Source of the DNA: Gemmatimonadota bacterium
GTDB lineage: Bacteria > Gemmatimonadota > Gemmatimonadetes > Gemmatimonadales > GWC2-71-9
Direction of reading: 5' to 3'
Length of the DNA stretch: 64,000 bases
NCBI GenBank assembly: GCA_029863245.1
Contig: JAOTVV010000016.1
Location: forward strand, 914 to 64,913
This document shows positions 48,770 to 58,472 of this stretch, in pieces (position 1 is the stretch's first letter; the number at the start of each line of letters is the position of its first letter). The position numbers and the translations under genes are program-made. Below the pieces are notes generated by a model that saw nothing but the letters and a program-made list of their open reading frames with translations, was not told the origin of the DNA and made no database searches.

Positions 48770-49990
48770 TCACCCGGGCGTCAGCACCTCTTCGCCCTCG
48801 AGCTTTGCCACGATCACCGCGCCGCAGGAATCGCTCAGCACGTTCACCGTGGTGCGGAACATGTCGAGCACCCGGTCAACGGCGAGGATGATCGCGACCC
48901 CCTCCAGCGGCAGTCCCACCGCGGCCAGGATGATCGACATCATCACCATACCGGACATGGGCACCGATGCCGCGCCGATCGACGCGAGCAGCGCCGTCAG
49001 GACGATGATGAGCTGTTGGTCGAACGAGAGGGCGAACCCGTACACCTGGGCAATGAAGATTACGGCGACGCACTCGTACAGGGCGGTGCCGTCCATGTTG
49101 ACCGTTGCCCCGATCGGCAGCACGAAGGACGAGATCTTCTCCGAAACCTTGGAGTTTCCGGTCACGGCCTCCATGGTGAGCGGCAGCGTCACGATCGTCG
49201 AGCATGTGGAGAAGGCAGTCACCAGCGCGGGAGGCATGCCCCTGTAATGTCGGAACGGGTTTTTGCGGGTCACTAAGTACACGAGTGCGGGTAACGTCAC
49301 GACGGCGTGAATGAAGAGACCGATCAGCACGATCACGAAGTAGAACCCCAGTGACCGGAACGCGTCGAACCCGATGGTCGCCACGATGCGCGCATTGATT
49401 CCGAACACACCGAGCGGCGCCGTCCAGATCACGAGGTGGGTCAGCTTCAGCATGGCGTGGAAGGCGCCGTGGAAGAAATTGCCCAGTTGGCTCCGATGCG
49501 GTTCGTCGAGCCGAGTGACGAAGTACCCGAACAGGATGCAGAAGAAGATCACCGGCATCACCTGTCCCTCGGCGATCGCCTGGAACGGGTTTTCCGGAAT
49601 GACGTTCATGAGGATGTCGCCCACGCTCTGCTGCGCGGCCGGGATAGCCTCGACGGCCTGCTGCAGGTGGATGGTCGATCCGACACCGGGTCGAAACACG
49701 TTCACCAGGACTTGCCCGGTCAGGATCGCCAACAGGCTGCTGGTGATGTAGTAGGCGAAGGTCTTGGCTCCGAGGACCTCGAGATTCTTCTTCTCCCCGA
49801 CGCTGATGACCGCCGACGTGAGCGAGGTGATGATGAGCGGCATGATGGCCATCCGCAGCAGCCGCAGGAACACCTCGGCGAGCGGGTCCGCGACGGCGAG
49901 GATCGATTCGCCGGCCGTCGCTCCCGCGATCATGCCGCCGAACAGGCCGACGAAGATCCAGAACGTCAGGGATCGAAGTGGGAGACGCAT
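48770..49990 (-). CDS. Dicarboxylate/amino acid:cation symporter (DAACS)
   Basis: AFSTCS, LPIGATVNMDGTALY, AVDRVLDMFRTTVNV. Confidence 0.95.
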   Translation of the reverse strand: MRLPLRSLTFWIFVGLFGGMIAGATAGESILAVADPLAEVFLRLLRMAIMPLIITSLTSAVISVGEKKNLEVLGAKTFAYYITSSLLAILTGQVLVNVFRPGVGSTIHLQQAVEAIPAAQQSVGDILMNVIPENPFQAIAEGQVMPVIFFCILFGYFVTRLDEPHRSQLGNFFHGAFHAMLKLTHLVIWTAPLGVFGINARIVATIGFDAFRSLGFYFVIVLIGLFIHAVVTLPALVYLVTRKNPFRHYRGMPPALVTAFSTCSTIVTLPLTMEAVTGNSKVSEKISSFVLPIGATVNMDGTALYECVAVIFIAQVYGFALSFDQQLIIVLTALLASIGAASVPMSGMVMMSIILAAVGLPLEGVAIILAVDRVLDMFRTTVNVLSDSCGAVIVAKLEGEEVLTPG

Positions 49991-50159
49991 GGCAGGGAAT
50001 AGTGCACCCGCTGATCGGGGAGGGGAACCACGGGCCGATGGTGTGCTGGGGTGGGTGGGAGGGCACCGCGTCGGCGGCCGAGGGTATCAGGTTCCAAGCG
50101 CCACCGCTCCCCGGACCGAGAGCGGCCCGGCGCTCCACCTACCACAGGAGTGACGACGT

Positions 50160-50837
50160 ATGGACGGGATGGTACGGATGACCCTGGGCGTCGCGACGAC
50201 ACTCGCCCTCACCGCGTCAACCGCGGGGGCGCAGCTCACCAACATGCCGGTCTATGCCAACCCGGCGGTGTCGGCCGTTCGGATCCAAGGGGACTACGCC
50301 TTCGGGGTGAACCAGGGATCCGGAGAGAACTCGGCCTTTGCCGCACGCGGCAACCTGGTGGTGTCCAAGCTCATCCTCGGGGCCGGTGTCGGCGTGGTCA
50401 AGCTTACCGATACCGAGCCGATGTACATGGGGTCACTGGGATATCGCCTCCTCGGCGGGGGCGCGATGCCACTGGCCGTGGCACTGCAGGCGGGCGTGGG
50501 CGTCGTGGAGACCGACAACCTCCAGAAGACCGTCGATGTGCCGGTGAGCCTCGGCGTGGCGCTTCACCTGCCGCTCGTGCTCGTCACGATCGACCCGTGG
50601 ATCGCGCCCCGCTACACGCTGCAGTTCAACTCGGTTGCCGGGACGACGGGGTCGCGCAACCACCTTGGGCTGTCGGCGGGGATCGACGCCCGTCTCGCCA
50701 TGGGGTTGGGGTTCCAGCTGGGGTTCGACTGGCAGCGGCTACCCGACTTCAGCCTCGATGCCGGCATCGCGGGAATCGTGAGCGACGCGAAGCGGGAACC
50801 GTTCTTGATGAGCCTCGGCATCCACTTCGGGCTCTGA
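50160..50837 (+). CDS. Putative outer-membrane beta-barrel protein
   Basis: Signal peptide (AGA-Q), alternating hydrophobic strands, terminal SLGIHFGL. Confidence 0.7.
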   Translation: MDGMVRMTLGVATTLALTASTAGAQLTNMPVYANPAVSAVRIQGDYAFGVNQGSGENSAFAARGNLVVSKLILGAGVGVVKLTDTEPMYMGSLGYRLLGGGAMPLAVALQAGVGVVETDNLQKTVDVPVSLGVALHLPLVLVTIDPWIAPRYTLQFNSVAGTTGSRNHLGLSAGIDARLAMGLGFQLGFDWQRLPDFSLDAGIAGIVSDAKREPFLMSLGIHFGL

Positions 50838-50867
50838 AGCGCCGGCGGACCGGCGCCCGTCGGGGGG

Positions 50868-51824
50868 CTATCGGCGGGTGCCGGCCACCTCCGGAAGCGC
50901 CGGCGCAGCCAACCGTTCGAAGAACACTCTGGTTGCAGCGAGGCGCTGGGGGCCGTTCACGTCGAAGTACCAGAATCGTTCCACGTCACTCCGGTTCATC
51001 AGGAGCTGCATGGTCCCCTGGGACTTGTGCTCCGCGATGACCCAGTTCACCACGATACGGTAGTCCAGGCGACCCTGCGGATCGAGGGGCTCGGTCATGT
51101 CGAACACGAACGGTGTGAGGCCCGGCTCGACGCGGGTGATCGGGTAGCCCGGCAGTTCTTCGAAGGCCAGCATCGTGGTGTCGGCCTTCGTGCCGACGAA
51201 GCAGCCCATGACCGTGGGACGGTGCTCGCCCGCCACCGCCTGCGCCGCCCTGAGGGCCAAGATGCTCGCCGCCTTGTGATGGGCGTGGAAGTTGGGGATC
51301 GGCAGGTGCACGAAGACGTAGTCGTACTGACCCCGCTCCAAGAGTTCCTGGAGCCTGGTCTGCACGCGATCGCTCCGCCATACGTGCGTCAGAACCGTAT
51401 CGACATTCTCGGTATAGGCGGGGTCTGGCTCATCGAGGAAGAAGTAATTCCGGACTCCCACGATCGCGCCGCCTGCCATCAGCTCGCGCTTTCGGATCGC
51501 GGGCAGGTACTGCCGAGCTACGCGTTCGTCGGTGAGCCGCAAGCCGTAGATCGGCTCCGCGAGCTGGGCATAGCGGTACCCGCCACTGCCGTCGGTGACG
51601 AGCGCGAGATCGACCTGTCCGCCGAGGAACCTGGTGATCTTGTAGACCGCTCCGGCGAACATTGCATCGTCGTCCGGATGGGCGACGACGAGGAGAACGC
51701 GCACCCCGGAATCGGCCTGTGCCCCCAGTGGTTGTGGCACGGCGGTTATGAGGAGAAGCGCAAGGGTCGCCGCTCCGAAGACTCCGCGGCGTGAAGCACG
51801 AGATGTGCGATCCGTCATAGTCAC
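50868..51824 (-). CDS. PIG-L family deacetylase, exported
   Basis: VVAHPDDD, TDG, R.RE, H.HH, HKSQ; N-terminal SRRGVF plus a hydrophobic stretch. Confidence 0.88.
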   Translation of the reverse strand: MTMTDRTSRASRRGVFGAATLALLLITAVPQPLGAQADSGVRVLLVVAHPDDDAMFAGAVYKITRFLGGQVDLALVTDGSGGYRYAQLAEPIYGLRLTDERVARQYLPAIRKRELMAGGAIVGVRNYFFLDEPDPAYTENVDTVLTHVWRSDRVQTRLQELLERGQYDYVFVHLPIPNFHAHHKAASILALRAAQAVAGEHRPTVMGCFVGTKADTTMLAFEELPGYPITRVEPGLTPFVFDMTEPLDPQGRLDYRIVVNWVIAEHKSQGTMQLLMNRSDVERFWYFDVNGPQRLAATRVFFERLAAPALPEVAGTRR

Positions 51825-51863
51825 CTCATCTCGCTCCAGGTACCGTGGTGTGGCCGGCCAGGA

Positions 51864-52325
51864 TCAAAATTCTTCTGGTGGGCCGAGCACGCGTGCGGTG
51901 GCGTAGATGAGCTTGGTGGCCCGCTCCGGGAACGCCATCCAGTCGAGCACGACGTACGTCCCGTCCTTCTTGCGGTACCGGTTCTTGAATGCGAGCGTGG
52001 GGGTGCCATCGGCCAATCGTTCGACCTCCGCGTGAGTGGCGTCTCGGTCGTCAGGGTGGATGAGCTCGGCGAAGGGGCGTTTCAGCAGTTCACTCGCGGT
52101 GTAGCCGAGGGCCCGCTCGAATGCCGGGTTGACGACCTTGAAGTATCCGTCCGTTCCGGCGATGCACAGGAGATCGATCGCATAGTTGAACAGGCGCTCG
52201 TAATCGAACACCGGGTACTCGCCAGTCGCGGCCGCGCTCACACTGACGCCGCAGTGGTGGCAGTAGTTGGCCCCGTCGGGCAACGGAGTCTTGCACCTGA
52301 GGCAGATCGAGCCGCTCGTGGTCAC
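51864..52325 (-). CDS. Zinc-ribbon plus PAS domain protein
   Basis: CLRC...YCHHCG, then DLLCIAGTDGYFKVVNPAFE..LGY...IHPDD...NRYRKKDG.Y; AGGAG RBS. Confidence 0.88.
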   Translation of the reverse strand: MTTSGSICLRCKTPLPDGANYCHHCGVSVSAAATGEYPVFDYERLFNYAIDLLCIAGTDGYFKVVNPAFERALGYTASELLKRPFAELIHPDDRDATHAEVERLADGTPTLAFKNRYRKKDGTYVVLDWMAFPERATKLIYATARVLGPPEEF

Positions 52326-52492
52326 TCCTCTACTCCTGACAAACGTCCCAACAAGAATCCACGGAAGCCGACTGTCCCGCAACCCCGTGTTCGCTCAGGC
52401 GGTGCCCGACTGGCGACACGTGGGGGCACGGCGGATAGATTGATGGGATCCCGGACCGGGCCCCTGACCGGGCGCCCGAGCGGAGGGTAGTC

Positions 52493-53953
52493 GTGGACGT
52501 TGCCGGTCTCAAGCGACGTGCGAGGGAGCTGGAGCGGCAGGGGAGGTATCGCGAGGCCCTTGCCTATTACCGGCATATCCTCACGGGTTTGGAGGGTACG
52601 CCCGACCTGATCCCCGAGCTGCCTCTCTACGTCAAGGCCGGCGATCTGTTCCTCAAGCTCGACAACCCCAAGGCGGCCGTCTCGCTGTACGAGCGGGCCG
52701 GGAAGCTCTACGCAGCGCAGGGCTCGGCGAGGAGCGTGAGCGCGATCTGCGCCAAGGTACTGAGAGTGATGCCCGAACGGCAGCGGGTGTACCACAAGCT
52801 CGCCGGGATCATGCTCGAGAACGGATATGTGGGACCGGCGCGGACGGTGATCGAGGGGTACGTCGCCGAGCTCCACCTGCCGGCGGCCGACCGCGCGCTC
52901 GAGGCGCTGGGTGAGGTCAGCGACGACGTGGCCCGGCCCGTGCTCGAGATGGTACTGGATCTCGCCAAGCGCCACGAGCGGGCCTCCGGCCTGATGCTCG
53001 CCGTTCCGCTTCCTGCTCCACCGCCTGAAGCGGAGCTGATCGAGCAGCCCGAGCCTCTGCAGCAGCCCGAGCCTGACCCCGGATCGGAGCCCGCGCCGGA
53101 ACCCGTGGACCTCGTGCCGATCGGGCAGGAGGTCCTCCCCGAACGCCCACCCGCCCCCGAACCGGTGACCGGCGTTCCTGAGGCAGATGAGGTGACTCGG
53201 CTGCCGGTCTCCGAGCCGGGGCCGGAACCGGAGTTGCAGCCCGTTGGATCCGACCTGAAGGCGGAACCGGAGGCTCACCCACCGGCTCGGGTGACCCCGC
53301 CGGGTCGGGCGCCGTTCAGCGGCTCACTGGTGTTTGCGCCCGAAGGCCGACGGAAGCCGCGGCGAGGCCGTCTCTGGGCAGCGGTCGCGGCGGTTGGCGT
53401 CGTTGGCGTGGGTGGGGGGTACGCGCTGATGTCCGGAGGAGAAACTGGGCCGGTCGTGAGCTCGATCGTGACGCCGACCGCGCCGGAATCGCTCGAGCCG
53501 CTCCCCACGCAACCAGAGACCACTGTTGTCATGGCACCGGATACCGCGGCTGGCCCGGCTCCCGACACCGTGGCCGCACTCCCGCCGCCGGCCCTCGTAG
53601 ACACCGGCATTCCTGTGGCGGTTGCGGTCCCAGACACCGGGCTGCTCGGGAGAACGATCATCACGGTGGCTGAGTTGCCGGTCGACCGGGTGTCGGATCT
53701 CTTGGCCGACGGTCGCTCTGGCTATGAGGTGCTCCAGACACTGCAAAACGGTGAACGGGTGACGGTAGCGGTACTGCCGTGGCGCGGCGCCGATACCGCG
53801 CGGGTCGGACCCGTCCGGACGCGGGCAGATGGGGCAAGCATCGGTTCCGTTCGCTTTGGGCGATACCTGGTGGACGTGAGCGGACGAATCGACCCCGGCA
53901 CGCTTCGCGATCTGATGAACCGGCTGGTCGGGCGCCGCGAGCCCGAGCGGTGA
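52493..53953 (+). CDS. TPR-like, Pro-rich linker, single-TM protein
   Basis: N-terminal TPR-like helices, EP-rich linker, TM LWAAVAAVGVVGVGGGYALM, C-terminal domain. Confidence 0.75.
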   Translation: MDVAGLKRRARELERQGRYREALAYYRHILTGLEGTPDLIPELPLYVKAGDLFLKLDNPKAAVSLYERAGKLYAAQGSARSVSAICAKVLRVMPERQRVYHKLAGIMLENGYVGPARTVIEGYVAELHLPAADRALEALGEVSDDVARPVLEMVLDLAKRHERASGLMLAVPLPAPPPEAELIEQPEPLQQPEPDPGSEPAPEPVDLVPIGQEVLPERPPAPEPVTGVPEADEVTRLPVSEPGPEPELQPVGSDLKAEPEAHPPARVTPPGRAPFSGSLVFAPEGRRKPRRGRLWAAVAAVGVVGVGGGYALMSGGETGPVVSSIVTPTAPESLEPLPTQPETTVVMAPDTAAGPAPDTVAALPPPALVDTGIPVAVAVPDTGLLGRTIITVAELPVDRVSDLLADGRSGYEVLQTLQNGERVTVAVLPWRGADTARVGPVRTRADGASIGSVRFGRYLVDVSGRIDPGTLRDLMNRLVGRREPER

Positions 53954-54002
53954 CCACGCTGCTCTCGTCGCACACTCGAAATCGGCTGACACGGAGGAAC
54001 TC

Positions 54003-54443
54003 ATGGCCCAAGCCAAGGCATTGACCTACGCTACCCATCGCAAATTCGTCCCCCTCTATCACTTCGTCGCCGCATTCCTGCTGCTCGTCAACCTGGTGTA
54101 CGCCGGCTGGAAGTTCGTAGGCGACCTCTCGCTCGAGCGGGGTGTGTATTTCCTCACCGGGATCGCCATCGTCCTCGTGTACTTCTACACGCGCACCTTT
54201 CCCATGGGCGTGCAGGACCGCCTGATCCGGCTCGAGGAGCAACTGCGGCTCCAACGTGTGCTCCCGGCCTCGCTCCATCCGCGCATTCCAGAGTTCACGG
54301 TCGATCAGCTCATTGCGCTCCGCTTCGTGACGGATGCCGACCTGCCGGCATTTGCCCAGCGGGTGCTCGACGAGAACCTGGTGGATCGCGAGGAAATCAA
54401 GAAGCGGATCACGACCTGGCGGCCGGATGACCTCCGTATCTGA
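54003..54443 (+). CDS. DUF6526-like membrane protein
   Basis: H.KFVPLYHFV, QDRLIRLEE.LR, QLIALRF..D, IKK.I..WRPD.LR. Confidence 0.85.
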   Translation: MAQAKALTYATHRKFVPLYHFVAAFLLLVNLVYAGWKFVGDLSLERGVYFLTGIAIVLVYFYTRTFPMGVQDRLIRLEEQLRLQRVLPASLHPRIPEFTVDQLIALRFVTDADLPAFAQRVLDENLVDREEIKKRITTWRPDDLRI

Positions 54444-54591
54444 TGGCTGGTTCTTCAGGGACACCGCCGTGAGGAGGTTCGCCGTGCGATGTCGAGGATG
54501 GACGCTGCGGATTCCAGTTCACGCCTTCTTCATGGCCCCTTCACACTCGGGGGGGCACGTTGCCGTACAACTCCGGTGAAGCGAGGCGATC

Positions 54592-54783
54592 GTGGCGGAC
54601 AAGTGCATCACCCTGCGACTCACCGAGACCCAGCGGCGCGCCGTCCGGGACATCCTCGGCCATGACGTCGAGGCATTGACCATTCCCGTGGACGAGTTGG
54701 GGGAGCGAGCGATCGCGCCGGAAGAGGTCTCGCAGACCGACGAGAATGCCGTGGTGTGGGAGTGCCTCAATCCGTATCCCTGA
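54592..54783 (+). CDS. 63-aa peptide of unknown function
   Basis: GAGG RBS before the GTG, coding-like codons, fills the intergenic space. Confidence 0.55.
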   Translation: MADKCITLRLTETQRRAVRDILGHDVEALTIPVDELGERAIAPEEVSQTDENAVVWECLNPYP

Positions 54784-54914
54784 GGGAGACCCGGAGAAGT
54801 TCTGACGCCCGGCCCATGCCGGGCGTCGTGCTATGTGATCTGCACTCGCGGTCGACGGTTGCGCAGGGTGAATCCGGTGCCATTATGAAAGGAGGACGCA
54901 CCCGAGGTCGGACG

Positions 54915-55334
54915 ATGGCACGACTCGGATCGATACACCCAAGCCCATGTGGGACAACGTTGGTGGTGCTCGCCATCATGGTCCTCGCTCTTCCCGCCGT
55001 CGCGCAGGAACGCCGCGAACCCTCCCCCCCGGGGGTTACGGATTCGGTCATTCAGCGGGGCAGCGTGGTGTTCCGCGGATCCGCTCGGTGCGATGTGTGC
55101 CACGGCGCCGACGCGCGCGGCACCGAAGACGGCCCGGACCTCACCGACGACAAATGGCTCCGGGGCGAAGGCACGTTCGACCAGATCTTAGAGCGCGTGC
55201 TGTACGGCACGCCCCGCCGTGATGCCAAGACCGGCAAGCCCATGCCGATGCGCGGGTGGGAGCCGGTGAGTGGCGACGACGCGCGCGCCGTAGCGGCGTA
55301 TGTGTGGTCACTGAGCCGCCAACGCGCGCCCTGA
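54915..55334 (+). CDS. Monoheme c-type cytochrome
   Basis: Signal peptide, CDVCH, GPDLTDDKW, distal MPM. Confidence 0.88.
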   Translation: MARLGSIHPSPCGTTLVVLAIMVLALPAVAQERREPSPPGVTDSVIQRGSVVFRGSARCDVCHGADARGTEDGPDLTDDKWLRGEGTFDQILERVLYGTPRRDAKTGKPMPMRGWEPVSGDDARAVAAYVWSLSRQRAP

Positions 55335-55343
55335 CTGCGGCGG

Positions 55344-58300
55344 TCAGCTCTGCGCTGCCCGCCGTTCCAGCCTGGACACCTCCCACCGCCTCCAGATGAG
55401 GTAGATCGCCGGGATCACCACGAGCGTCAGAATCGTGGAGGTGACCATCCCGCCCACCATGGGCGCCGCGATTCGCTTCATGACGTCGGCGCCGGTGCCG
55501 TGGCTCCAGAGAATCGGAGCCAGGCCCAGCGTAATCGCCATCACTGTCATGATCTTGGGTCGGAGACGATCGACGGCACCCTCACGTACCGCCGCCGCGA
55601 CGTCGTCGGCCGCGTGCATTCGACCTTCGAGATTCCGCCGGTGGAACGCTTCGTCGAGGTAGATCAGCATGACCACGCCGGTCTCCGCCGCCACCCCGGC
55701 CAGCGCGATGAACCCAACCCACACCGCGACGCTGGTGTTGTATCCCGCGAGCCACAGGTACCACACCCCGCCCACCAACGCGAAGGGCACCGACAGCATC
55801 ACGATCAGCGACTCGGTGACGCCACGGAAGTTGAGGTACAGGAGCAGGAAGATGATCCCGAGCGTGACCGGGACAACGATCTGCATGCGCTCCGCCACGC
55901 GCTGCATGAACTCGTATTGCCCGCTCCACAACAGTGTGTATCCGGAGGGCAGGCTGAGCTGTGTGCTTACCACCCGCTGCGCGTCCCGCACGTAGCTGCC
56001 GACGTCCCGGTCCTCGATGTCCACGAACACGGTGGACACAGGGAAGGCGTTCTCCGTCTTGACCGCCATGGGGCCCTGGAGCACCTGGATCGATGCCAAC
56101 TGCCCGAGTGGGATTTGGCGACCGTCCATGGTGGGAATAAGCACGTACTCGAGGTCGTCCACGTGATCCCGCAACTCCCGTGGGTACCGGACGTTCACTT
56201 CGTACCGCTCACGGCCTTCCACGGTGATCGCGGCGCTCATCCCACCAACCGTGGCCATGATGGCGTCGTGCACGTCGCCCACGTTGAGGCCATACCGGGC
56301 CGCCTCCGACCGATCGACCTCGATGTCCACGTAATACCCGGACACGCCACGCTCGGCGAACGCACTTCGGGTGCCGGGCACCTGTTGCACGATCCGTTCG
56401 ACCCGTTCGCCCAATGCCTGCAAGGTGTCGAGGCTCGGTCCGAAAATCTTGATGCCCACCGCAGTACGAACACCCGTGGCAAGCATGTCGATCCGACCCT
56501 TGATGGGCATCGTCCAGGCGTTGGTCACCCCCGGCATCTGGACCGCGCGGTCCATCTCGCGGATCAACTCGTCGTAGGTCAGGCCCGACCGCCACTCCGA
56601 CTCCGGCTTGAGCGTGATCGTGGTCTCGAACATGTCGAGCGGGGCGGGGTCGGTCGCGGTCTCGGCACGGCCCGCCTTGCCCAGCACGGTCACCACCTCC
56701 GGAAAGGCGGCGAGCACGCTGTCCTGCTGGCGCATGATCTCTCGCGCCTGCGCAATGGAGACCCCGGGCACGGTCGTGGGCATGAAGAGGATCGATCCTT
56801 CGTGGAGCTGGGGCATGAACTCACTCCCCAGGCGCCGCCACGGGATGACGCTGACGGCTAGCACGAGCGCGGCCGTCGCCACGATTGTCCAGGGACGGTG
56901 CAACACGAAGTCGATCACCGGGCGGTACGCCCACTGGAGGCCGCGGTTGAGCGGGTTCTCCGCCTCTGACCGGATCCGGCCGCGGATGAGGTAGCCCATC
57001 AGTACCGGGACGAGTGTGATCGAGAGCAATGCCGATCCGGCCATCGCAAACGTCTTGGTGTAGGCCAGCGGCTTGAAGAGCCGTCCCTCCTGCTGTTCCA
57101 GAGCGAAGACTGGTAGGAAGCTGAACGTGATGATGAGCAGCGAGAAGAACAGCGGCGGGCCCACCTGCTTGGCGCTTTCCAGCACGATCTCCCATCGCGA
57201 CCGCTCCGTCGCCCCCGCCCGTTCGAGGTGCTTGTGCATGTTCTCGATCATCACGATGGCGGCATCCACCATCGCGCCGATGGCGATGGCGATCCCACCC
57301 AAGCTCATGATGTTGGCGTTCACCCCGATCAACCGCATGACGATGAACGAGATGAGGATGCCGAGAGGCAGGGTGATGATCGCGACCAGCGCCGAGCGGA
57401 CGTGGAGCAGGAAGACGACCGCCACCGCTGCAACGATGAGCGACTCTTCGAGCAGCTTGTCGCGCAGGGTGGCGATGGCACGGTGGATGAGGTCGCTCCG
57501 ATCGTAGGCGGTGCGGAGGCGGACCCCCGGTGGCAGGCCTCGTTCGATCTCGACGAGTCGTTTCTTGACTCGCTCGATCGTCTGCAGGGCGTCGGACCCG
57601 AACCGCATCACGACGATCCCCGCCACCACCTCACCTTTGCCATCCAGGTCCGCGGCGCCACGCCGCGGGGCCGGCCCGATCTGCACGGTGGCCACGTCAC
57701 CCACGCGGATCGGTGTGCCGCTCATCGTGGCGCCAACGGTCACGTTTTCGATGTCCGAGATCCCGCCCAGGTACCCGAGACCGCGGATCATGTATTCACG
57801 ACCACCCATCTCGAGCACGCGCGCGCCGATGTCGACGTTGTGCGCACCCACCGCCTGCACTACCCGCGTCACGGGTATGTTGAACGCCCGCAACCGTTCG
57901 GGGTTCACCTCCACCTGGTATTGCTTCACGAACCCGCCGACACTCGCCACCTCCGAGACACCTGGCACGGAGGTGAGCTGGTACCGAAGGTACCAGTCCT
58001 GCATCGTGCGCAGCTGAGCTAAGTCGAGGCTATCGGACTCCAGCACGTACTCGAAGACCCACCCCACTCCGGTGGCGTCGGGGCCGAGCGTGGGTTCGAC
58101 GCCACGCGGCAGCGACTGACGGATGCCGTTCAGGTACTCCAACACCCTGGAACGCGCCCAGTAGATGTCGGTGCCGTCCTCGAAGATCACATACACGAGG
58201 CTCAGCCCAAAAAAGGAATACCCGCGCACGACGCGCGCGCCCGGCACCTTGAGCATCTCGGACGTGATTGGATAAGTCACCTGATCTTCGACGATCTGGG

Positions 58301-58472
58301 GCGCCTGCTCGGCGAAGTCGGTCTGAATGATCACCTGCACGTCCGACAGATCGGGAATCGCGTCCAGCGGCGTCGTCCGCATTGCCCACACACCGCCGCC
58401 CACGAGGGCGACCGTTGCAAGCAACACCAGGCCGCGGTTGCGAAGCGACCAGCCGATGATGGCGCTAATCAT
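55344..58472 (-). CDS. cusA: CusA/SilA-type heavy-metal RND efflux permease (Cu+/Ag+)
   Basis: DAIPDLSDVQVII, AIGAMVDAAIVMIEN; Met triad motifs FMP, PLDMFET, RIDML. Confidence 0.95.
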   Translation of the reverse strand: MISAIIGWSLRNRGLVLLATVALVGGGVWAMRTTPLDAIPDLSDVQVIIQTDFAEQAPQIVEDQVTYPITSEMLKVPGARVVRGYSFFGLSLVYVIFEDGTDIYWARSRVLEYLNGIRQSLPRGVEPTLGPDATGVGWVFEYVLESDSLDLAQLRTMQDWYLRYQLTSVPGVSEVASVGGFVKQYQVEVNPERLRAFNIPVTRVVQAVGAHNVDIGARVLEMGGREYMIRGLGYLGGISDIENVTVGATMSGTPIRVGDVATVQIGPAPRRGAADLDGKGEVVAGIVVMRFGSDALQTIERVKKRLVEIERGLPPGVRLRTAYDRSDLIHRAIATLRDKLLEESLIVAAVAVVFLLHVRSALVAIITLPLGILISFIVMRLIGVNANIMSLGGIAIAIGAMVDAAIVMIENMHKHLERAGATERSRWEIVLESAKQVGPPLFFSLLIITFSFLPVFALEQQEGRLFKPLAYTKTFAMAGSALLSITLVPVLMGYLIRGRIRSEAENPLNRGLQWAYRPVIDFVLHRPWTIVATAALVLAVSVIPWRRLGSEFMPQLHEGSILFMPTTVPGVSIAQAREIMRQQDSVLAAFPEVVTVLGKAGRAETATDPAPLDMFETTITLKPESEWRSGLTYDELIREMDRAVQMPGVTNAWTMPIKGRIDMLATGVRTAVGIKIFGPSLDTLQALGERVERIVQQVPGTRSAFAERGVSGYYVDIEVDRSEAARYGLNVGDVHDAIMATVGGMSAAITVEGRERYEVNVRYPRELRDHVDDLEYVLIPTMDGRQIPLGQLASIQVLQGPMAVKTENAFPVSTVFVDIEDRDVGSYVRDAQRVVSTQLSLPSGYTLLWSGQYEFMQRVAERMQIVVPVTLGIIFLLLYLNFRGVTESLIVMLSVPFALVGGVWYLWLAGYNTSVAVWVGFIALAGVAAETGVVMLIYLDEAFHRRNLEGRMHAADDVAAAVREGAVDRLRPKIMTVMAITLGLAPILWSHGTGADVMKRIAAPMVGGMVTSTILTLVVIPAIYLIWRRWEVSRLERRAAQS

